Source: an uncultured SAR116 cluster alpha proteobacterium (GTDB taxonomy: Bacteria > Pseudomonadota > Alphaproteobacteria > Puniceispirillales > GCA-002684695). From it: a stretch of 64,000 nt of DNA. The stretch spans positions 1,569 through 65,568 of the forward strand of contig CACAIE010000006.1 in the NCBI GenBank assembly GCA_902532475.1, in the 5' to 3' direction. The position numbers and the translations under genes were made by a program. Positions 39,687 to 47,329 of the stretch are shown piece by piece; position 1 is the first letter of the stretch, and each line of letters opens with the position of its first letter. The notes beneath the pieces were generated by a model. The model was not told where the DNA came from, ran no database searches, and was given only the letters and a program-made list of their open reading frames with translations.

Positions 39687-39800
39687 ATGAATAAAAAAAC
39701 TTTTAAAGTTTTGGCAAGTGGCTGTGCTCATGTGAATGCAGATAAAAAAATGGGTCGTGACAGCTTGAGACAGGTTTGGATTCAGAAAATAAAAAATTGA
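39687..39800 (+). pseudogene. 37-aa ORF, possibly a remnant of a gene 5' end (MNKKTFKVLASGCAHVNADKKMGRDSLRQ...)
   Basis: Patch richer in GC than its flanks and coding-like, inside an AT-rich gap; too short for the ORF track. Confidence 0.35.
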
Positions 39801-39858
39801 AACAACTTAGCAAAAACAAATTATATATAATTTGATACAAATACGAAAGGCAAAAACT

Positions 39859-41268
39859 ATGGATTGGGATGACTATGAAAAATGGGGAAAGGAAGGCATA
39901 AAATGGGGATCAAATTATAGAAAAACAATTCGTGAATTGCCAGTAAGATCTCAACTAAAGCCTGGCCAGGTTTTTAATTCAATTCCTAATAGTCCTCCAG
40001 AAAACCCAGAATCTTTAGAGATAATATTTGATGATTTCAAAACGAAAATTGTTCCTGGTATCACGCATTGGCAGCACCCAAGATTTTTTGCCTATTTCCC
40101 AAGTAATGCTGCTCCCGCGTCTGTATTTGCTGAAATGCTGGCTAATACAATGGGCTCACAATGTATGCTTTGGCAAACTTCACCTGCTGCCACTGAGCTA
40201 GAGGAAAAAATAATTGATTGGCTAAGAATAGCTATGAACCTGCCTTCTGAGTTTAAAGGTATTATTCAGGACACAGCATCCTCAGCTACATTGACTGCAG
40301 TTTTAACTATGAGAGAGAAATCACTGGGTTGGACAGGCAATAAAACCGGTCTATCAAACCGAAGTAGGCTCAGGATATATGCCTCTGAGGAGGTTCATAG
40401 CTCTATAGACAGAGCTATTTGGTTTTCAGGGATAGGAGAGGACAATTTAGTCAGAATCCCTGTCTATGGCGATTTAAGGTCAATGGACACTGATGAATTG
40501 AGAAAGGCAATTCAAAGAGACAAAGAAAAAGGTTATGTGCCAGCAGGGGTTATTGCTGCTACCGGAGGCACTTCTACTGGTTCATGCGATAATATTTCAG
40601 ACGTTTCTGATGTTGCAACTGAAGAAAATCTATATCTTCATGTTGATGCAGCATGGGCAGGTTCTGCAATGATTTGCCCTGAATTTAGAAATTTATGGTC
40701 AGGCATTGAAAAGGCTGATTCTATAGTATTCAATCCTCATAAATGGTTGGGGGCTCAATTTGATTGCTCAGTTCAGTTTTTAAGAGACGCTTCAATGCAA
40801 AAAAATACCCTATCAATTTCACCTGAATACCTAAAAACTAAAGGCGTTACAGGAATTACAAATTTATCAGACTATACAATTCAATTAGGGAGAAGATTTA
40901 GAGCTTTAAAACTTTGGTTTTTGCTTCGTGCGGAGGGACTTTCGGGTCTTAGGAAAGTTATTAGGGATCATATCAAATGGTCAACAGATTTACATGATAG
41001 TATTAAGGAATTAAAAAATGTAGAGATTTTAACTCATCCCATTCTTGGGTTGTTTACTTTTAGATTTGTTAGTGAAAAGACAATTAAAACTAACGAACTA
41101 AATGAAAAAATTTTACAAGAAATTAATGATGAAGGAACGATTTACTTAACTCCGACTAAGGTTAAGGACAACTACGTTATAAGATTTACTGCTGGAACAT
41201 TCGAATTGAAAGAAGAGGACGTCCATTTAGCATATAAATGTATTAAAGAAAAATCTGAGAAATTATGA
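39859..41268 (+). CDS. Group II PLP-dependent decarboxylase (aromatic-L-amino-acid decarboxylase-like)
   Basis: PGITHWQHP.FFAYFP, W.TSPA.TELE, HSS, HVDAAWAG, NPHKW (PLP Lys), LGRRFRALKLW; ATG 39859. Confidence 0.92.
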   Translation: MDWDDYEKWGKEGIKWGSNYRKTIRELPVRSQLKPGQVFNSIPNSPPENPESLEIIFDDFKTKIVPGITHWQHPRFFAYFPSNAAPASVFAEMLANTMGSQCMLWQTSPAATELEEKIIDWLRIAMNLPSEFKGIIQDTASSATLTAVLTMREKSLGWTGNKTGLSNRSRLRIYASEEVHSSIDRAIWFSGIGEDNLVRIPVYGDLRSMDTDELRKAIQRDKEKGYVPAGVIAATGGTSTGSCDNISDVSDVATEENLYLHVDAAWAGSAMICPEFRNLWSGIEKADSIVFNPHKWLGAQFDCSVQFLRDASMQKNTLSISPEYLKTKGVTGITNLSDYTIQLGRRFRALKLWFLLRAEGLSGLRKVIRDHIKWSTDLHDSIKELKNVEILTHPILGLFTFRFVSEKTIKTNELNEKILQEINDEGTIYLTPTKVKDNYVIRFTAGTFELKEEDVHLAYKCIKEKSEKL

Positions 41269-41275
41269 AATAAAT

Positions 41276-41857
41276 CTATAAATTTCTTTCAATTAGGTTT
41301 CTGATTTTAGCAATGGCTACTTCAGACGCTTCTTTGAAGGAAATAGTTCCCCCAAGAGATTTGTCTTTATTAATTAAAAATATAGTGGAGGTATGGTCTA
41401 AAGAGTAGTCTTGTTTGCTGATAGGGACAATTTTTCTATAAATTCCCCAAGATTTTGATAATTGTATGATATCATTTTCATCCCCAGTTAAGCCTAGAAA
41501 AATATCATTAAAATTTGACAAATATTCATTCATCAAAACAACCGTGTCTCTTTGTGGGTCTAATGTAATAAATATAGTTTGGATGTCTTTGTTTGATAAA
41601 TTCAATTCGTCAATCCATGAAGAAATTTCGTATAGAGTTGTTGGGCAGACTTCTGGGCAATTAGTAAAACCAAAGAAAAGGATTGTAGGCTTAGCAGAAA
41701 ATATTTTTTCTGTTATTGGGTCACCTTTATGAGAGGTCAGGCTGAAAGGTTCTCCAATGGAAAAAGTCTGTTTTTCGGGTAGTTTGGAAATATTTAAATA
41801 AATAATAGATCCTAAAATGATTAGGGTTATTGTTGAAATGATTGTTCTTTTAAAAAT
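41276..41857 (-). CDS. SCO1/SenC copper chaperone (about 193 aa; apparent ATT start)
   Basis: The frame is open upstream of the track ORF: N-terminal TM, FFGFTNCPEVCPTTL (CxxxC), F.T.DP.RD, DH; AAGGA lies 7 nt before ATT 41857. Confidence 0.88.
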   Translation of the reverse strand: MFKRTIISTITLIILGSIIYLNISKLPEKQTFSIGEPFSLTSHKGDPITEKIFSAKPTILFFGFTNCPEVCPTTLYEISSWIDELNLSNKDIQTIFITLDPQRDTVVLMNEYLSNFNDIFLGLTGDENDIIQLSKSWGIYRKIVPISKQDYSLDHTSTIFLINKDKSLGGTISFKEASEVAIAKIRNLIERNL

Positions 41858-41979
41858 AGCATTTTCCTTTTAGTTGCTTTTTAACATATTGGTGTTTCTG
41901 AGAAGGCATTGTAACAAAAAGTAATAAAGTATATAAACATATCATAATTATTTTAATTTTTAGTTTATGGACTTTAGAA

Positions 41980-42963
41980 TTGGAAGAAAATTTTTCAAGA
42001 AGAAAGTTATTAGAACCAATCGAGCTAAAAGCATTTAATGAAAAATCGGATGCTGTAGGATTTTTGCAACTTGGAAGTCACTTAGTTGCTATTTCTTTTT
42101 TAATTTTTTTACATTACGTTGCAATGGGATCATGGTGGGTAATATTAACAGGTTTTATACTTGGTACGCTTATTAATTTTCTTTATGCTGCCCAACATGA
42201 GCTTAGCCATTCTACAGTATTTAAAACTGCAAAATTAAATGAAGTATTTGGACGAATTATTGGTTTCTTTATGCTTTTTCCAAGAGATTTTGATCAAATT
42301 ATGCATTTTGCCCACCACAAATGGACACAGGATTGGGAAAAAGATGGTGAATTAGTGAGGGAGCCGTTCACACTTAAAACCTACCTTCTATGGTTTTGGG
42401 GTGTTACTTATTGGTATAATAGAATTTCTGGGATAATTAGAAGAGCCCAAGGTAATATTGTAGAGCCTTATATCAAAGCGTCTGAAAACTCTAAAGTGAT
42501 TAGAGAGTCTAGAATTCATTTAATTGGATACCTATTAATTCTATTAGCTTCATTATATTTTGAAACATGGACTGCATTAAACTTTTGGTTGCTTCCAATA
42601 TTATTAACTAAGCCCATCCATCAGATGCAAAATACAATTGAACATCTTGGGTTGTCACATAAAAAAGATATTTTACAAAATACTCGCTCCACAAGGACAA
42701 ATGTTGTACTGAGATGGCTTTGCTGGCAAATGCCTTACCACACTGCGCACCATATTTTTCCTTCTGTTCCCTTTTGGAAATTAAAAGCATTAAATTCGAA
42801 AATAGAACGAAAATCAGGAAAGGTATACAGTATGGGTTACATTGAATTTCAAATTGAAGTCTTTAAGCGTTTTTGGCAGAAAGACGAAAGTCAATGGCCC
42901 ATGAATGAGGTTTGGATAGTATCCAGAAAGGATGGCACTCATCTAAGAGTGCCTGCAGAATAA
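41980..42963 (+). CDS. Fatty-acid-desaturase-family membrane oxygenase, MocD (rhizopine oxygenase)-like
   Basis: HELSH, HFAHH, EH.GL...NTRST, W.MPYH.AHH.FPSVPF. Confidence 0.85.
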   Translation: MEENFSRRKLLEPIELKAFNEKSDAVGFLQLGSHLVAISFLIFLHYVAMGSWWVILTGFILGTLINFLYAAQHELSHSTVFKTAKLNEVFGRIIGFFMLFPRDFDQIMHFAHHKWTQDWEKDGELVREPFTLKTYLLWFWGVTYWYNRISGIIRRAQGNIVEPYIKASENSKVIRESRIHLIGYLLILLASLYFETWTALNFWLLPILLTKPIHQMQNTIEHLGLSHKKDILQNTRSTRTNVVLRWLCWQMPYHTAHHIFPSVPFWKLKALNSKIERKSGKVYSMGYIEFQIEVFKRFWQKDESQWPMNEVWIVSRKDGTHLRVPAE

Positions 42964-42964
42964 A

Positions 42965-43810
42965 TTGTCGCAAAAACTTAAAATATTTACCTCCTATTGG
43001 GCTATGTCCCCTCATGACCAATCAGGAATAAAATTACCAGACGAACAAATATGCGAAATGGTATCTGAAGCAGGCTATAATGGAATGGCAATAGATTTAG
43101 GCGCGTCAGATGTAAAAAAAGCATTTGAACTTCGACCTTTAATGGAAAGAGTTGGCTTAACTCCATTAATTGTTGCTTTCCCAAAATCTGTTGAATCGCT
43201 TGGTGAGACCATGAAAATGGCAAAAGACTTTGGCTCACCCTTTATCAATGTAATCGGCCAAGTTATGCCCATTTCTGTTGATGGCATGATACCAGTGATA
43301 AGAACTTGGATAGAAATGGCAGATAAAATAAATATCCCTATACAATTTGAAACACATAGAAATTGTATAACTAACGACCTCTATTCCACACTTCAGTTAT
43401 TGGACGCTATTCCTGAGATGAGAATGTGCTCGGACTTATCCCATTATGTTGTCGACAGAGAGTTTTGGTTCCCTTTATCAGATAGGGACTTGAGGATGAT
43501 TGCTAGAATTCTTGAAAGATCTGATAGCTTTCAAGGTCGTGTAGCTAGTAGGCAACAAATCCAACTTCAAATTGACTTTCCTCAACACCAAAAATGGGTT
43601 AATCTTTTTAAGGACTGGTGGCAGGAAGGCATAGAGGGTTGGAGGTCAAGAAATCCAAAAGGGAATTGTTATTTTTTATGTGAACTAGGGCCACCAGAAT
43701 ACGCAATGACTGATAAAGACGGAAGAGAGTTGTCAAACAGGTGGGAAGAAGCGTTGAAAATTAGAAGTTGGATAATAGATATTTGGAGCAAACTTGAAAA
43801 GGTTAAATAG
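42965..43810 (+). CDS. Xylose-isomerase-like TIM barrel (sugar phosphate isomerase/epimerase family)
   Basis: ETHR, DLSHY, ELGPP.YA; starts 1 nt after the desaturase stop. Confidence 0.78.
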   Translation: MSQKLKIFTSYWAMSPHDQSGIKLPDEQICEMVSEAGYNGMAIDLGASDVKKAFELRPLMERVGLTPLIVAFPKSVESLGETMKMAKDFGSPFINVIGQVMPISVDGMIPVIRTWIEMADKINIPIQFETHRNCITNDLYSTLQLLDAIPEMRMCSDLSHYVVDREFWFPLSDRDLRMIARILERSDSFQGRVASRQQIQLQIDFPQHQKWVNLFKDWWQEGIEGWRSRNPKGNCYFLCELGPPEYAMTDKDGRELSNRWEEALKIRSWIIDIWSKLEKVK

Positions 43811-43815
43811 GATTA

Positions 43816-44088
43816 TTGCAAATGCTTGAAGGTGTTAAAAGTAATAATAAAGTTCGTAATAAAAAGTTAAAATGTAGTGGGTGTGGAGTTGATTTTATTT
43901 GTACTTCTGGCCCTCCAGGAAGTTGTTGGTGCCAAAACTCTCCAAATCTACTTGAAAATTGGGATTTAGCCGATAATTGTTTGTGCCCTGACTGTTTGGC
44001 TGCTGGCCAAAGAGATTCTATGTTATCAAAACGTGAAAATCATTTGGCTTCAAGGAAATCACAGAGTTTGCGAAAAAAGAATAATTAA
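43816..44088 (+). CDS. Cysteine-rich CWC family protein
   Basis: CxxCG..F.C....CWC.....CLCxxCL. Confidence 0.8.
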   Translation: MQMLEGVKSNNKVRNKKLKCSGCGVDFICTSGPPGSCWCQNSPNLLENWDLADNCLCPDCLAAGQRDSMLSKRENHLASRKSQSLRKKNN

Positions 44089-44154
44089 GAATTATTTTTT
44101 TCAAAAAAATATACTAAACCCATATTTCTATAATTAGAGAAAAAGTTTTGTTTT

Positions 44155-44709
44155 ATGAAAATCTTTGCTAAAATTTGTTTATTTTTTTATTTTATAATTT
44201 TGGCTTTGGGTTTTAATAATATTTCTATCTCAAAAGATTTTTATGCAATTAGCTTTAACTCAATTGAAGGTGACAAAATATTTCTATCTAGCTACAGAAA
44301 TAAGGTGATTTTTGTAGTTAATACAGCTTCCTTTTGTGGGTTTACAGGCCAATTTAGAGGCATTCAAAATATTTGGAGAAAATACAAAAGTGATGGGTTG
44401 ATTGTTATAGGGGTCCCTTCGAATGATTTTGGTCAGGAGGCAAACACTAATTCAGAAGTTAAAAATTTCTGTAGCATGAACTTTGATGTCGATTTTATAA
44501 TGACTGAAACCAGCAAAATAAGAGGTAAAAATGCCCATCCTTTATTTAAATATTTGACTTCATCTTTAGGGTTGAGAAGCACACCAAAATGGAATTTTTA
44601 TAAATATATAATTAATAAGAATGGAGTGCCAGTCAAATATTTTTCATCCATGACAAGTCCTGAAAGCCCAAAATTACTAATAGCTATTGAAGAAGAATTA
44701 TATAATTAA
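44155..44709 (+). CDS. Glutathione peroxidase (Cys type, with signal peptide)
   Basis: VNTASFCGFT.Q, PSNDFGQE, PKWNF.KY. Confidence 0.93.
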   Translation: MKIFAKICLFFYFIILALGFNNISISKDFYAISFNSIEGDKIFLSSYRNKVIFVVNTASFCGFTGQFRGIQNIWRKYKSDGLIVIGVPSNDFGQEANTNSEVKNFCSMNFDVDFIMTETSKIRGKNAHPLFKYLTSSLGLRSTPKWNFYKYIINKNGVPVKYFSSMTSPESPKLLIAIEEELYN

Positions 44710-44733
44710 TTTAATGAAATGAAGTTATCTGAG

Positions 44734-45027
44734 TTAGTTCGTAGTTGTTGAGCTTGAAGATATTTGCTCACCATCACTTCCATCCCAAACTGAAGCGACT
44801 GCCAATCCTAAGGCTATAGCAACCCAGCTTAAATTTACAAAAGAAGCAAAACCTAACCCAGAAGAATTTAGAACTTGAATAGCATTTGATCCACTTTGTG
44901 CACTGGCTGCAACTGCCTTATCTGGTGATGAGAAAACCTTCAAACTTTGATTAGAGGACTGTGCAAAAGCTTCTAAAATGTTAAGAAAAATAAAAGCTAT
45001 TAAAAATATTTTGGTAAGTGTTTTCAT
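44734..45027 (-). CDS. Small exported protein with a C-terminal hydrophobic segment and Ser/Thr tail
   Basis: Signal peptide ending AFA, Ala/Ser/Gly-rich middle, hydrophobic segment, DGSDG..SSSTTTN. Confidence 0.7.
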   Translation of the reverse strand: MKTLTKIFLIAFIFLNILEAFAQSSNQSLKVFSSPDKAVAASAQSGSNAIQVLNSSGLGFASFVNLSWVAIALGLAVASVWDGSDGEQISSSSTTTN

Positions 45028-45174
45028 TAAACATAAATCGAAAATGATTAGGAACTAATAATATTTATAACGACAAAAATAAGAAAGTGTAAAATTATTT
45101 TTTAACCATAATTTAATGGCATTAATTTTGCTGAGTTGACTTTAATCAATCAATATATAAAGGGATTCATTAAT

Positions 45175-45381
45175 ATGCATTTATCACAAAACCATGCTCA
45201 AGCCATTTTAGACGTTTTTGCAGTAGCTATTTCCGATTTAGTTTCAATGGGCATGACAGAACAGGATGCAATTAGTGGGTTGTTAGGGCAGGCCTCTGTA
45301 AGGGCTGATCACCCAGCTATGGAATTAGCGTTAGAATTGCATAGGCTTTACCATAAGGATTTTTCTTCAGCCAAAATTTAA
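45175..45381 (+). CDS. Small helical hypothetical protein (about 68 aa)
   Basis: AAGGGA RBS before ATG 45175; converges on apt with a 4-nt overlap. Confidence 0.65.
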   Translation: MHLSQNHAQAILDVFAVAISDLVSMGMTEQDAISGLLGQASVRADHPAMELALELHRLYHKDFSSAKI

Positions 45382-45893
45382 AACTCCATTAAAGAATGTG
45401 TTTTAACTTTCATGTTATTTAATAAGTTTTCTCCACCTAAATTTGGAAGATTAATTATGAAACCTGCACCAACGATATTTTTATTTTTAAACATCTGAAT
45501 TAATTTAACTGCTGCTAAAGCAGTGCCACCAGTTGCTAAAAGGTCATCGATAATAAGAATATTCTTGTGGTCATCGAGCGCATCCTTGTGAAGATGCATT
45601 TCAGTGGTGCCGTATTCAAGATCAAACTTTACTTTGAAGGTTTCTCCAGGAAGTTTATCAGGTTTTCTCATAGGGATAAAAGCTGTATCTAATTTATATG
45701 CAATAGCCCCAGCCATTATAAATCCTCTTGCTTCAATGCTGACTATAGCATCTATTTGAGTTTTTGCCCATGGTTCTGTCATTTCATCTATTAACTGCTT
45801 ATATAAATCAGCCTTCTGCAGTAGGGTCGTGATATCTCTAAATTGAATACCTTTAATGGGGTAATCTACTATAGTTCTAACAAATTCTTTCAA
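45378..45893 (-). CDS. apt: Adenine phosphoribosyltransferase
   Basis: DYP..GI.FRDIT, EARGF, RK..KLP, LEYG, IIDDLLATGGT; AGGAG RBS and TTG start. Confidence 0.96.
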   Translation of the reverse strand: MKEFVRTIVDYPIKGIQFRDITTLLQKADLYKQLIDEMTEPWAKTQIDAIVSIEARGFIMAGAIAYKLDTAFIPMRKPDKLPGETFKVKFDLEYGTTEMHLHKDALDDHKNILIIDDLLATGGTALAAVKLIQMFKNKNIVGAGFIINLPNLGGENLLNNMKVKTHSLMEF

Positions 45894-45978
45894 CTTTTAT
45901 CTCCTAAAAATTAATTTAACCTTATAATAACCAATTGATTATACTACAAAAAACAATTTTTAACTAAATGTAGTAAAA

Positions 45979-46419
45979 TTACCAGTTTCCTTCATTTTTC
46001 ATTGATGACCAGGGCTCCTTTATTTCCATGGGTTCTCCTTCTTGAAGCAATTCTATAGAAATACCATCTGGAGATTTTATAAATGCCATATTGCCATCTC
46101 TTGGTGGCCTGTTAATGACTATTCCATTATCAATAAGTTTTTGACAAAAATCGTATATATTGCCCACTCTGTAGGCTAAATGACCGAAGTTTCTTCCTCC
46201 CGAGTAAACTTCAGAGTCCCAATTGTAAGTTAATTCAAGAGCGGGTCCATTCTTAGTGTTGTAATCTATCTCGTCTTTTGGTGCACAAAGAAAAAAATTT
46301 GTGTATCTACCCTTTTCACTATCGACTTTTCGAGCCAATTTTAATCCTAAAATATCACAATAAAACTTAAGTGAATCATCAACATTGCTTATTCTAACCA
46401 TTGTATGAAGGTAAAACAT
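45979..46419 (-). CDS. gloA: Lactoylglutathione lyase (glyoxalase I)
   Basis: YLHTMVRI, LELTYNWD, GRNFGHLA, RPPRDG.MAF..SPDGISIEL. Confidence 0.9.
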   Translation of the reverse strand: MFYLHTMVRISNVDDSLKFYCDILGLKLARKVDSEKGRYTNFFLCAPKDEIDYNTKNGPALELTYNWDSEVYSGGRNFGHLAYRVGNIYDFCQKLIDNGIVINRPPRDGNMAFIKSPDGISIELLQEGEPMEIKEPWSSMKNEGNW

Positions 46420-46454
46420 CTATAATCTCCAAAATAAAGTTTTTAAAACTATTA

Positions 46455-47312
46455 CTATCTATTTTTTTCCCAAATCAGTAAACAAATTAAAGATAAAATA
46501 ATAATAAGAGCTCCGAATAATGTTTGATAACTAGGTATTTCGCTAAAAATTAAATATCCAATAATTAATACAGGAATTATATGAAAATATTGTATTGGGG
46601 CAAGAAATGAAGCCTGTGATAACCTAAATGCCTTTATATAAAAATATTGAGCGCTAGTTGCTAATAACCCAGTTAAAATCATAAATATTAATTCATTAAG
46701 TGATACTTCTTTCCAAGTGTATATGCAAAAGGGAAACGATAAAATTGAGATGCCTACGGAATACCAAACCATCAACTGTATTTCTGAAAACTTTTTTGAT
46801 AGAAATTTTTGAAATATTGTAGATAAAGATCCACAACAACTACCTAGTAAAGCTAATAAAGCTATAAGTTGAATAGAATTACTTTCCGGTGAAAAAACAA
46901 GTAAGATTGATAAAAATCCTACAATTAAAACTAACCATCTCCCCTTTGATTGTTTCTCGCTTAAAATAAAGAAGGCAAAAATACTCATTATACTTGGTCT
47001 TAAGTAACCAATTGTACTTACTTGTGCCAATTGAATATTAGAGATAGTAAAAAATTGAATTGATATTGCCATAAAGGAAAGTACAACTCTTATTAAGTTT
47101 GCCTGAAACTGTCCAAAAATATTCTTTTGGTTTTTAACGTAAAACAAAATTGGAATTATAATAATCGAACTAGAAATTGAGCGCATAAAAACAATTTGAA
47201 AAACTGAAAAATCTCCAACCAGTGTTTTTATTAAAATTATATGTGCAATTAAAAAAACTTCATTGAAAATTAGCCAGTAAAGGCCGGTAAAGTTATTATC
47301 TTTTACAGACAA
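46455..47312 (-). CDS. DMT/EamA-family transporter
   Basis: About 10 TM segments, Q.VF.R, L.EK....RW, AS.LAP..Y. Confidence 0.88.
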   Translation of the reverse strand: MSVKDNNFTGLYWLIFNEVFLIAHIILIKTLVGDFSVFQIVFMRSISSSIIIIPILFYVKNQKNIFGQFQANLIRVVLSFMAISIQFFTISNIQLAQVSTIGYLRPSIMSIFAFFILSEKQSKGRWLVLIVGFLSILLVFSPESNSIQLIALLALLGSCCGSLSTIFQKFLSKKFSEIQLMVWYSVGISILSFPFCIYTWKEVSLNELIFMILTGLLATSAQYFYIKAFRLSQASFLAPIQYFHIIPVLIIGYLIFSEIPSYQTLFGALIIILSLICLLIWEKNR

Positions 47313-47329
47313 GATAAAACAACAATTAA

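Noticed and set aside
44155-44709. Selenocysteine recoding in the glutathione peroxidase or SCO gene
   Set aside because: The active-site codons are TGT/TGC and neither gene has an in-frame TGA.
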